Shown: in pieces, positions 1 to 8,737 of the stretch | Numbering within the stretch: the first letter of the stretch is position 1 | Layout: every line of letters begins with the position of its first letter | Assembly (NCBI GenBank): GCA_963713975.1 | Contig: OY970218.1 | Span: 2,624,001 to 2,688,000 of the forward strand | Source of the DNA: an uncultured Chloroflexia bacterium | GTDB lineage: Bacteria; Chloroflexota; Limnocylindria; Limnocylindrales; CSP1-4 | DNA length: 64,000 bases | Direction: 5' to 3' | Notes under the pieces: model-generated | Told to the model about the DNA's origin: nothing | Seen by the model: the letters and a program-made list of their open reading frames with translations, nothing else | Databases searched by the model: none | Position numbers and translations under genes: made by a program

Positions 1-546
1 GCGCTGCCGGGCGTTGGGCCGTACACGGCTCGAGCCGTGGCGGCGATCGCGTTCCGCGTGCCCGTCGGCGCCGTGGACACGAACGTCCGGCGGGTGCTCG
101 GGCGCATAGCCGCGGGAGGGGCGGAGGCCATCACGGCGCCGGCCATGCAGGGGCTGGCGGATGCGGCGGTCCCACACGACCGACCCGACGCATGGACGCA
201 CGCGCTGATGGACCTTGGCGCGACGGTGTGCAGGCCGTCGCGGCCACGCTGTACCGGCTGTCCGGCGGTCGCCTGGTGCCGGTACGCGGCGGGGGAGCGA
301 GCCGTTGTTCCGGTGGCGGGTCGGCGGCGACCGGATCCCGCCTTCCCATCGACGCGCCGCTGGCTCCGCGGCCGCGTCCTGGAGCGTGCCCGCGCCGCGG
401 AGGACGGGGCATGGGTTGCGTACCCCGAGGCGATGGGGTCGCATCCGGCCGCCGCGGTGCGCGAGGCGGTGCTTGCCCTTGCAGGAGAGGGGCTGCTCGA
501 GGCCCGCGACACGCCCGATGGCCCGGAGGGCAGGCTCCCGGGCTGA
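1..546 (+). CDS. mutY: A/G-specific adenine glycosylase, HhH-GPD family (5'-truncated by window edge)
   Basis: Frame 1 reads ALPGVGPYTARAVAAIAF...VDTNVRRV (HhH + Asp), ALMDLGATVC and the Cx6Cx2Cx5C [4Fe-4S] motif; short C-terminus. Confidence 0.9.
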   Translation, partial: ALPGVGPYTARAVAAIAFRVPVGAVDTNVRRVLGRIAAGGAEAITAPAMQGLADAAVPHDRPDAWTHALMDLGATVCRPSRPRCTGCPAVAWCRYAAGERAVVPVAGRRRPDPAFPSTRRWLRGRVLERARAAEDGAWVAYPEAMGSHPAAAVREAVLALAGEGLLEARDTPDGPEGRLPG

Positions 547-569
547 GCCCGCCGGCGCACAATGCGTCC

Positions 570-1001
570 ATGGGCTACGACCTCGAGCGCTTCGTGACCG
601 CACAGGAGCACGCTTATGACGACGCGGTCCGCGAGCTCCGCGCCGGCCGCAAGACGGGGCACTGGATCTGGTACGTGTTCCCGCAGCTCACCGGCCTGGG
701 CCGAAGCGAGATGTCGCGCTACTACTCGGTCGCCTCACTGGACGAGGCCCGCGCGTACCTGGCACACCCCGTCCTCGGCCCGAGGCTGCGCGAGTGTTCA
801 GGTGCGGTCCTGGCGATCGAGGGCAGCACGGCGGAGCGCATCTTCGGGCCGGTGGATGCCCTGAAGGTATGCTCGTGCATGACCCTGTTCAGCCGGGCCG
901 CCCCGGGCGAGTCGCCGTTCGAGGAGGTCCTTGAGCGCTTCTACGACGGCAGAACCGACCCGAACACGGACCGACTGCTCGGCATCGCCGCGGCCGGCTG
1001 A
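570..1001 (+). CDS. DUF1810 family protein
   Basis: DLERFVTAQ...ELRAGRKTGHWIWYVFPQ...YLAHPVLGPRL...SCMTLF signature; CACAAT -10 box 6 nt before the ATG. Confidence 0.9.
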   Translation: MGYDLERFVTAQEHAYDDAVRELRAGRKTGHWIWYVFPQLTGLGRSEMSRYYSVASLDEARAYLAHPVLGPRLRECSGAVLAIEGSTAERIFGPVDALKVCSCMTLFSRAAPGESPFEEVLERFYDGRTDPNTDRLLGIAAAG

Positions 1002-1045
1002 CGCGCGCCGGGCCGCGGACGGCCCCGGGCGGTACCCTTCAGGCG

Positions 1046-1828
1046 ATGCCCCCTCGAACCATGCCCCTGCCTGCGGACGACCCCGCCCTGGCGACGATGA
1101 GCCTCGACGAGCTCGAGTTGCGCTGGGCGGCTGCGGCGGCACGCACAGCGATCACCGCGGAGGCGATGACCGGCGCAGACCTGAAGGCACAGGCCCTCGG
1201 CATCGCCGGCGAGCGGCTCATGGAGCAGGCGGGTACCGCGGTCGCCGCCGCCGCACGGGCGCTCGTGGAGTTCAACGGGCGCGAGGGCAAGCCCGTCCTG
1301 GTCCTGGCCGGTCCCGGCAACAACGGCGGAGACGGCTTCGTGGCGGCGCGCCGTCTCGCCGAGTGGGGCGTGCCGGTCATCGCCGTGCTGGTGGCGGCCA
1401 ACGAGCGCCCCGGCACCCCGGACGCCCTGCGCAACTGGAAGCGCCTCGACGATCATGCCGGGGTCACCAGGATCCACGCACCCGTGGCCCGCGACCTCGC
1501 CATCCTCGGCCAGGGCATCGACAAGGCATCGATCGTGGTCGACGCGCTCTTGGGAACCGGTGTCCGGGGCCAGCTTCGGGAGCCCGTCCGCACCGCGGTA
1601 GAGCTGATCCGCAAGGCCCGTGAGGCCGGGATCCCGGTGCTCGCGGTGGACACCCCGACGGCCGTCGACCTGACTTCGGGCGACCCCTCCGAGCCGGTCG
1701 TCCGCGCTGATCTCACTGTCACGTTCCACCGGCCGAAGACCGGCCTGCGCACGAGGATGGGTCGTGCCCTGGCGGGCCGCGTCCTCGTCGCGCCGATCGG
1801 GATCCCGTCGGAAGCGGACCGGACCTAG
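1046..1828 (+). CDS. nnrE: NAD(P)H-hydrate epimerase (stand-alone YjeF N-terminal domain)
   Basis: LMEQAG, GPGNNGGDG, VDALLGTG, AVDTPT, ADLTVTF, IGIP motifs; start could be 1061. Confidence 0.88.
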   Translation: MPPRTMPLPADDPALATMSLDELELRWAAAAARTAITAEAMTGADLKAQALGIAGERLMEQAGTAVAAAARALVEFNGREGKPVLVLAGPGNNGGDGFVAARRLAEWGVPVIAVLVAANERPGTPDALRNWKRLDDHAGVTRIHAPVARDLAILGQGIDKASIVVDALLGTGVRGQLREPVRTAVELIRKAREAGIPVLAVDTPTAVDLTSGDPSEPVVRADLTVTFHRPKTGLRTRMGRALAGRVLVAPIGIPSEADRT

Positions 1829-1838
1829 GCGCCGAAGG

Positions 1839-2045
1839 ATGACCGAGGCACGCCAGCCCGGCCTGCGCGCGGTCCTTCTCCTGGCGGCCGCCGTCGTGCT
1901 GGTGGTGATGGTGGCCGCCGGCGCCACCGCCCTGCTGCCGGCCGACGCCCAGGGGGTCGTCTTCCACACGCCGCTCCTGATCGTGGTCCTGATCGGCGGG
2001 ACGGGTCTCGTCCTGTGGCGCATCCTCCGCCGGCCGGGTGCCTGA
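1839..2045 (+). CDS. small two-helix membrane protein
   Basis: 68-aa ORF with two hydrophobic segments filling the gap between nnrE and glpD; AAGG upstream. Confidence 0.65.
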   Translation: MTEARQPGLRAVLLLAAAVVLVVMVAAGATALLPADAQGVVFHTPLLIVVLIGGTGLVLWRILRRPGA

Positions 2046-2054
2046 GACGATCGG

Positions 2055-3689
2055 ATGACCGGTCCGATCGAACGCCGCGCCGCCGACCTCGCCCGCCTGG
2101 CCGACGAGCGGTGGGATCTGCTCATCGTGGGCGGAGGGATCGTGGGGGCGGGCGCCCTGCTCGATGCGGCCTCGCGCGGCCTGAAGGTCGTGCTCATCGA
2201 GCAGGACGACATCGCCGCCGGGACCAGCTCCCGGTCCAGCCGCCTGATCCACGGCGGGCTCCGGTACCTCCAGCAGGGCCAGGTAGGCCTCGTCCGCGAG
2301 GCGCTGGCGGAGCGGGCGCGACTCATCCGCCTGGCGCCGCACCTGGTGCGCATGGAGGCATTCCTGTTCCCGATCTATGGGCCGCGCGTGGTCAAGCGGG
2401 CGTTCTACGAGATCGGGTTGACGGCCTACGACCTCCTGGGCTCGACCGCATCGGCCGGTCGCCACCGGCATCTTGGCCTCGCCGACACCCTGGACTACGC
2501 CCCGGACCTCGTCCGCAAGGATCTCCGAGGGGCGTTGCTCTACCACGATGCGATGGAGGACGACGCGCGGTTCACCCTGGCGGTCGCGCGTACCGCGGTC
2601 GCCCATGGCCAGGGGTCCGCCGTCGTGGTGACCCGCGTCCGGGCGACTGCCCCGCTATGGGAGCGCGATCGGATCGCCGGCGCGAATGCTCGGGACCTTG
2701 TCTCGGGTGCCGGTCTCGATATCCGCGCGACAGCCGTCCTCGACGCGACAGGCGCCTGGGGCTCGATGCCGGCCCGGCACTTCGGTTCGGGCTCCTTCAG
2801 CGTCCTGCCGGCCCGCGGCAGCCACCTGGTCATCGAGCGCGAGCGCATCCCCGCGCGTGGAGGCATGACGCTGCGCATCCCGGGACGCGTCGCGTTCATG
2901 GTCCCCTGGCCGCGCCACTGGATCGTCGGCACCACGGACAAGCCGTATCGGGGGCCGCTGGACCACGTCGCCGCGAGCGCCGAGGAGGTGGACGAGATCC
3001 TCGGCACGCTCAACGGGGCCCTTGAGCTGAGCGTCACGCGCGATGACATCGTCGGCACCTACGCCGGCCTACGCCCGCTCATCGCCCCGTCGGATGCCAC
3101 GACGTCCGTCAGGGTCTCGCGCGAGCACAGGGTGGCCGTGGAGGCACCGGGCCTGGTCCGCGTCAGCGGCGGCAAGTACACGACCTACCGCTTGATGGCC
3201 CGCGATGCCGTGGATACGGTCCTGGGTCCCGCGGCGAGGACGCGGCCCACCGCCACCGGGGAGCTGCCAATCCTGGGCGCTGCCCCGCGCGCGGAGCTCG
3301 ATGCCCTGGCCGCCCGCCTGGCTCGCGAGCACGAGCTGGGAGCGGAGGCCACCGCCTCCCTCGTGGACCGCCACGGCACGGAGGCCGCAGGCCTCGTGGC
3401 GATGGGCCGGGAGCGGGACCTGCTGCGACCACTCCTGGATGGTCACCCGTTCCTCGAAGCGGAGATCGTCTGGGCGGTCGAGCAGGAGCTGGCCGTCACC
3501 ATGGACGACCTGCTCGCCCGGCGGATCAGGCTGGCCCCGGTGCTGTGCGACCGGGGCGAGAGCGTTGCGGACCGCGTGGCCGACATCGCAGGCGGGATCC
3601 TGGGCTGGGATTGGCAGCGCCGCAGACAGGAGATCGAGACCTACCTGGAGGGTGCCCGGCGGGAGTTCGGGGTTCCGCCTCCAGCGTGA
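2055..3689 (+). CDS. glpD: FAD-dependent glycerol-3-phosphate dehydrogenase/oxidase
   Basis: GGGIVGAG FAD motif, GTSSRSSRLIHGGLRYL, GTTD, YAGLRPL, GGKYTTYR. Confidence 0.92.
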   Translation: MTGPIERRAADLARLADERWDLLIVGGGIVGAGALLDAASRGLKVVLIEQDDIAAGTSSRSSRLIHGGLRYLQQGQVGLVREALAERARLIRLAPHLVRMEAFLFPIYGPRVVKRAFYEIGLTAYDLLGSTASAGRHRHLGLADTLDYAPDLVRKDLRGALLYHDAMEDDARFTLAVARTAVAHGQGSAVVVTRVRATAPLWERDRIAGANARDLVSGAGLDIRATAVLDATGAWGSMPARHFGSGSFSVLPARGSHLVIERERIPARGGMTLRIPGRVAFMVPWPRHWIVGTTDKPYRGPLDHVAASAEEVDEILGTLNGALELSVTRDDIVGTYAGLRPLIAPSDATTSVRVSREHRVAVEAPGLVRVSGGKYTTYRLMARDAVDTVLGPAARTRPTATGELPILGAAPRAELDALAARLAREHELGAEATASLVDRHGTEAAGLVAMGRERDLLRPLLDGHPFLEAEIVWAVEQELAVTMDDLLARRIRLAPVLCDRGESVADRVADIAGGILGWDWQRRRQEIETYLEGARREFGVPPPA

Positions 3690-3818
3690 GGGGCACGTCG
3701 TGGAGCCTCTCCGGCGCCCGGCTTGCGAAAATTGGGTATCGCCACGGTTGCGATTAGCCCGTAGACTCACGCTGCGCGGACGCCGCGCGTGCTCATTTGG
3801 ATCGCACGTTCGACACTT

Positions 3819-3879
3819 GGTCTCCTCCGGCACAACACTCGAGGACCCGGGCAAGAGGCGGCGAAAACTGGAGGAGATC
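3819..3879 (+). promoter_or_regulatory. 5'-UTR helix sequestering the Shine-Dalgarno of the Zn-ribbon gene
   Basis: GGTCTCCTCCGG (3819-3830) pairs over 12 bp (2 G-U) with CTGGAGGAGATC (3868-3879), which contains the SD GGAGGAG. Confidence 0.55.
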
Positions 3880-3884
3880 GGCAC

Positions 3885-4286
3885 GTGGCCGACAAGACAC
3901 TTTCCTGTTCGGACTGCAACATGGAGTTCGCTTTCACGGAGCGCGAACAGGCCTTCTACGCCGAGAAGGGGTTCACGGAGCCCCGCCGGTGCCCCTCGTG
4001 CCGCGCCAGCCGCAAGGCAGCGCGCTCGGGTGGTGACAGCGGGTATGGCGGCGGCTCGTATTCGAGCGGCGGCTATGACTCCGGCGGGTATGGCGGTGGT
4101 GGCGGCTATTCCGCCGGCGGTTACGGTGGCGGCGGCGGCGGGGGCGGCGGCTACAGCAGCGCGCCGCGCGAGATGTTCGCGGCAACCTGTTCCAGCTGCG
4201 GCCGCGAGGCCAAGGTTCCGTTCCGCCCAACCAATGGCAAGCCGGTCTACTGCTCGGACTGCTTCCGCGCCCAGCGCGGCGGCTGA
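3885..4286 (+). CDS. zinc-ribbon protein with Gly/Tyr-rich linker and C-terminal CxxC-x17-CxxC domain
   Basis: ADKTLSCSDC...FTEREQAFYAEKGF.EPRRCPSCR; REMFAATCSSCG...VPFRP..GKPVYCSDCF; GTG start with strong SD. Confidence 0.9.
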   Translation: MADKTLSCSDCNMEFAFTEREQAFYAEKGFTEPRRCPSCRASRKAARSGGDSGYGGGSYSSGGYDSGGYGGGGGYSAGGYGGGGGGGGGYSSAPREMFAATCSSCGREAKVPFRPTNGKPVYCSDCFRAQRGG

Positions 4287-4301
4287 GCTCCAGCGCCTCA
4301 C

Positions 4302-4337
4302 AGCCGGGTCGCGGTCTCCGCGGCCCGGTTCTTGATT
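4302..4337 (+). terminator. probable intrinsic terminator
   Basis: AGCCGGGTCGCGG-TCT-CCGCGGCCCGGTT hairpin followed by CTTGATT. Confidence 0.6.
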
Positions 4338-4469
4338 CCGGGGCCGTGCGCCATTACCTACCTACCGGCCGGCCGGTGTAGCATCGAGCCAATGCTCGAT
4401 CCCTTCACTCGGCCATGCGGTCCCAGGCCCGCTCGTCCGAACGTGACCACAGCGGAGGATTCCTGACCG

Positions 4470-5912
4470 ATGGCCGTCGGCTCTTCCAACGACTTCGACC
4501 TCATCGTCCTCGGTGCGGGGACCGGCGGGTACGCCGCAGCGTTCCGGGGTGCCCAGCTGGGCCTTCGCGTCGCCCTCGTCGACGAGGACCGGATCGGCGG
4601 CACCTGCCTCCATCGCGGCTGCATCCCCACCAAGGCCATGCTCGAGAGTGCCTCGCTGGCCGAGCGCATCCGCCATGCATCCGACTTCGGTCTGCGCCTC
4701 CCCGGCGCCGCCGAGGTGGACTTCGCCCAGATCGCCAAGCGGCGCGACCAGGTCGTGACGCGGATGTGGAAGGGCGTGCAATCCCTGGTCAAGAAGAACG
4801 ACGTGACCTGGATCGCGGGCCGCGGTCGCCTCGATGGACCGACCAGAGTCCGCGTGGTCATGGCCGGAGAGGACGGCACGCCGGGGACCGGGGGCGAGCG
4901 GGTCCTCAACGGCACCGACGTGGTCCTCGCTACGGGTTCCCGGGTGAAGTCGCTGCCCGGGATCGTCCCCGACGGGAAGCGGATCCTGACCTCGGACGAC
5001 GTGCTGCGCTCGGATTCGATGCCCGCCAGCGTGATCGTCATCGGTGCGGGGGCGGTCGGCGTCGAGTTCGCCTCCATGTACCACGACCTCGGTGCCACGG
5101 TGACGCTCCTCGAGTACCTGCCGGCGATCGTCCCGCTCGAGGACCGCGAGGTCAGCAAGGAGCTGGAGCGGACCTTCAACAGGCGTGGGATCAAGGTCGT
5201 GACCAATGCCCGTTTCGATGCCGTGAGCGTCATCGCGAGCGACGCCGACGTGCGCATCACGGTCGGCCCCGAGGGCAAGGAGCCGACGGAGATCTCGGCG
5301 GAGATGCTCCTCGTCGCCGCGGGCCGGGCCACCAACGTGGAGGACGTGGGCCTCGAGACCACGACCGCCGAGGTCGACCGGGGCATCGTGAAGGTCGACG
5401 GTCACATGCGGACGAAGGAGCCCCACCTGTACGCGATCGGCGACATCGTAGGCGGGCTCATGCTCGCGCACACGGCCGCCCACGAGGGGATCACGGCAGT
5501 CCATACCATCGCCGGTGACCCGGACGTGCATGCCATGGACTACGTCAAGCAGCCCAGGGCCACGTACTGCCGCCCGGAGATCGCGTCGGTCGGCCTGACC
5601 GAGCAGGAGTGCGAGACACGCGGCCTGCCCGTCAAGATCGCCAAGGTCCCGTTCCAGGCCGTGGCCAAGGCCATCATCGGCGGGGAGTACGAGGGCTTCA
5701 CCAAGATCATCGGCCACGCAGAGACCGATGAGACGCTCGGCATCCATATCATCGGGCCGCATGCCACGGACCTCATCGCCGAGGCCTCGCTGGCGCTGGC
5801 CCTCGAGGCGACGCCGTGGGAGATCGGCGCCGCGACGCACGCGCACCCGACCTTCTCGGAGATCCTGGGCGAGACGGCGATGGCGGTGGACGGACGCTCG
5901 ATCAACTTCTAG
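4470..5912 (+). CDS. lpdA: dihydrolipoyl dehydrogenase (E3)
   Basis: GAGTGG, GGTCLHRGCIPTKA redox disulfide, GAGAVGVE, HAHPTFSE. Confidence 0.95.
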   Translation: MAVGSSNDFDLIVLGAGTGGYAAAFRGAQLGLRVALVDEDRIGGTCLHRGCIPTKAMLESASLAERIRHASDFGLRLPGAAEVDFAQIAKRRDQVVTRMWKGVQSLVKKNDVTWIAGRGRLDGPTRVRVVMAGEDGTPGTGGERVLNGTDVVLATGSRVKSLPGIVPDGKRILTSDDVLRSDSMPASVIVIGAGAVGVEFASMYHDLGATVTLLEYLPAIVPLEDREVSKELERTFNRRGIKVVTNARFDAVSVIASDADVRITVGPEGKEPTEISAEMLLVAAGRATNVEDVGLETTTAEVDRGIVKVDGHMRTKEPHLYAIGDIVGGLMLAHTAAHEGITAVHTIAGDPDVHAMDYVKQPRATYCRPEIASVGLTEQECETRGLPVKIAKVPFQAVAKAIIGGEYEGFTKIIGHAETDETLGIHIIGPHATDLIAEASLALALEATPWEIGAATHAHPTFSEILGETAMAVDGRSINF

Positions 5913-5967
5913 GCCGTCGCGCGGAGCCGGCAACTGCCGGTCCGGCCGCCGGCCCACGGAGGACGCC

Positions 5968-7068
5968 ATGACGGTCACGGGCGACGGCGGCAGCACAGCC
6001 GGCCCCCTCGCGGCCTCCGTGGGGCTGGCCGATGCCGACCTCGTGGCCATGTACCGGACCGTGGCCCTCGCGCGCGCGTTGGACGAGCGGATGTGGATCC
6101 TCAACCGCGCCGGCCGGATCCCGTTTGTCATCAGCGGGCAGGGTCACGAGGGCGCCCAGGTGGGGCTCGCGTGGCCGCTTCGCCGGGGCCATGACTGGAT
6201 CGCGCCGTTCTACCGGTCGATCGCCACCTGCCTCGCGTTCGGGATGACGCCGCGGGACCTGATGCTGGCCCAGTATGCCAAGGCCTCCGACCCGGGCTCG
6301 GCAGGACGCCAGATGCCCGGTCACTACGGGAGCCCCGAGCACAACCTGGTCAGCGTCTCGTCACCCGTGGCCACCCAGATCCTCCATGCCGTGGGGATCG
6401 CGCTTGCGGCCAGGATCCGGGGCACCGACCAGGTCGCCGTCGCGATCATGGGGGAGGGGAGCTCCAACCAGGGTGACGTCCACGAGGCGCTCAACTTCGC
6501 GGCCATCCATCGCCTCCCGTTCGTGCTCCTGATCGAGAACAACGGCTACGCGATCAGCGTGCCCGCCGAGAAGGAGCTCTCCGTTCGGGACGTGGCATCG
6601 CGCGCGTCCGGATACGGGATGCCGGGCGTGGTGGTGGATGGCACGGACGTGCTGGCCTGCTTCGCGGCCGGTCGGACGGCGGTGGATCGCGCCCGGTCCG
6701 GCGGTGGGCCAACCCTGGTCGAGGCGAAAGTGACCCGGCTGACCGCCCACAGCTCGGACGACCAGCAGACCAAGTACCGCTCCGAGGACGACTTGGCGGA
6801 GGGCCGGGCCCAGGACCCGTTGCCGATCTTCCGTGCGCAGCTCCGTGCCGCCGGCGTGCTCGACAACACGCTGGAGGCGGCGCTCGCGGCGGAGATCGCC
6901 GCGCTGGTCGAGGACGCGACCGACTTCGCCGAATCCGAGCCGGACCCGGATCCCGCGACCGCCCTCGACCACGTGTATGGCGATCCCGGTGCCGGGGAAC
7001 CGCCGCCGCCGTGGCACCCGGCACCCGATACCGGCCCGGAGCTTCCTCGCCCGGAGCCCGCGCCATGA
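5968..7068 (+). CDS. 2-oxoacid dehydrogenase E1 alpha, probably branched-chain (BkdAA-like)
   Basis: RAGRIPFVISGQGHE, GRQMPGHY, GEGSSNQGDVHEALNFA...NN TPP motif, AHSSDD; SD GGAGG. Confidence 0.9.
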   Translation: MTVTGDGGSTAGPLAASVGLADADLVAMYRTVALARALDERMWILNRAGRIPFVISGQGHEGAQVGLAWPLRRGHDWIAPFYRSIATCLAFGMTPRDLMLAQYAKASDPGSAGRQMPGHYGSPEHNLVSVSSPVATQILHAVGIALAARIRGTDQVAVAIMGEGSSNQGDVHEALNFAAIHRLPFVLLIENNGYAISVPAEKELSVRDVASRASGYGMPGVVVDGTDVLACFAAGRTAVDRARSGGGPTLVEAKVTRLTAHSSDDQQTKYRSEDDLAEGRAQDPLPIFRAQLRAAGVLDNTLEAALAAEIAALVEDATDFAESEPDPDPATALDHVYGDPGAGEPPPPWHPAPDTGPELPRPEPAP

Positions 7069-8048
7069 CCGTGCGGACCTTCATCGAGGCCATCCGGGAC
7101 GCTATGGCCGAGGAGATGCGCCGGGACGAGTCCGTGGTGGTCCTGGGTGAGGATGTCGGCAGGAAGGGCGGCGTGTTCCTCGCGACGGACGGCCTGTGGG
7201 CGGAGTTCGGCGATGACCGCGTCATCGACACGCCGCTCACGGAGTCCATGATCGTCGGGGCTTCCATCGGGGCTGCGCTCAACGGCATCCGCCCCATCGC
7301 CGAGATCCAGTTCGCGGACTTCATCCACCCGGCGTTCAACCAGATCGTGTCCGAGGCGGCGCGGATGCGGTACCGCTCCATCGGCGGGTACGCGGTGCCC
7401 ATGGTGATCCGCGCCCCGTACGGCGGCGGGGTCCACGGGGCGCTGTACCACTCGCAGTCCGTGGAGGCGTTCTTCACCCACGTCCCGGGCCTCAAGGTGG
7501 TCATCCCCTCGACACCCTACGACGCAAAGGGGCTCCTTAGGTCGGCGATCCGCGACGACGACCCGGTCCTGTTCTTCGAGCACAAGAAGATGTACCGGTC
7601 CGTGCGCGGGAACGTGCCGGACGGGGAGTACACCGTGCCCCTGGGGAGGGCGTCCATCCGTCGACCCGGCCGTCAGGTCACGGTCGTCGCCTACGGGCTG
7701 ATGGTGGTGTATGCGCTCGAGGCCGCCGAGCGAGTGGCCGGCGAGGGGATCGACGTGGAGGTCATCGACCTGCGCACGCTGCGCCCGCTGGACCGGGACA
7801 CGCTGCTCTCGTCGGTGCGCAAGACCGGCAAGTGCCTGATCGCGTACGAGGACAACCGGTTCGGCGGATACGGGGCGGAGATCGCCGCCATCGTCGCCGA
7901 GGAGGCGTTCGACTACCTGGACGGGCCGGTTGCCCGGATCGCGGGGCCGGATGTGCCAGGGGTCCCGTACAACCACCTCCTGGAGGACTGGTTCATGCTC
8001 AGCCCGGCCAAGATCGCGGATGCCATCCGCCGCCTGGCGGCCTACTGA
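7065..8048 (+). CDS. 2-oxoacid dehydrogenase E1 beta
   Basis: GEDVG..GGVF, DTPLTES, AEIQFADF, HSQS, EHKKMY; ATGA overlap with E1 alpha. Confidence 0.93.
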   Translation: MTVRTFIEAIRDAMAEEMRRDESVVVLGEDVGRKGGVFLATDGLWAEFGDDRVIDTPLTESMIVGASIGAALNGIRPIAEIQFADFIHPAFNQIVSEAARMRYRSIGGYAVPMVIRAPYGGGVHGALYHSQSVEAFFTHVPGLKVVIPSTPYDAKGLLRSAIRDDDPVLFFEHKKMYRSVRGNVPDGEYTVPLGRASIRRPGRQVTVVAYGLMVVYALEAAERVAGEGIDVEVIDLRTLRPLDRDTLLSSVRKTGKCLIAYEDNRFGGYGAEIAAIVAEEAFDYLDGPVARIAGPDVPGVPYNHLLEDWFMLSPAKIADAIRRLAAY

Positions 8049-8401
8049 TGGCGGCATCGGGCTCGGACCTCACGGCAGTCGAAGCCAGGCTGCGGGCCAT
8101 GCTCGTTCCGTACGAGGACCGGCTCGAGACGGCCACGATCTACGGCATCCCAACGCTCCGACGCGCCGGCGCCAGGGCCCATGACTGGTTCGCGTTCGTG
8201 AAGCCCGCGTCGAAGCACGTGGGCTTCTACCTCCTCCCCGTCCACACCTGGCCGGACCTCGTGGCCCCGATCTCGCCTGCGCTGCGCAAGCGGCACACCG
8301 GCAAGTCCACGTTCACGTTCGCAGTGCCCGACGAGGCGCTGTTCGCGGAGCTCGAGGCGCTCGTGGCGCGGGCGTACCAGCGGTATGTGGGCGGCGCGTA
8401 G
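8048..8401 (+). CDS. DUF1801/YdhG-like small protein
   Basis: FAFVKPASKHVGFYLLPV...LRKRHTGKSTFTF pattern; TGATG overlap with E1 beta. Confidence 0.7.
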   Translation: MAASGSDLTAVEARLRAMLVPYEDRLETATIYGIPTLRRAGARAHDWFAFVKPASKHVGFYLLPVHTWPDLVAPISPALRKRHTGKSTFTFAVPDEALFAELEALVARAYQRYVGGA

Positions 8402-8737
8402 GGGGCACCCGCCATCAGACCCGCGCCGGGACCGGGCGGGCGTCAATCGAACGGCGCGCTGCCTCCGCCCGCGCCGCGAGCAACCAATGGCCCACAATCG
8501 CTATCCCGCTCGCTATAGCGAGCAGAGGGCCCGAATTCGGCGATCAGGCCCGCCCGGTGCACGCCATGGCGAGCAAGACATAGACCGCGAACGATCCACG
8601 GGCCGGCCAGGGGCCGGGAGGCAGCCCGCCCGGCGGCCCGAAGGCAGCCCGGAAGGCGCGCCGTCGCGGGATGCGCGACACTAGGGGCCAAGTATCCTCG
8701 TGTCCCCGCGATCCGCTCCATCGGAGGAACAGACCCA

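Noticed and set aside
8385-8684. 99-aa ORF in the bkd gap
   Set aside because: Low-complexity Arg/Pro sequence with no SD or motif; treated as intergenic.
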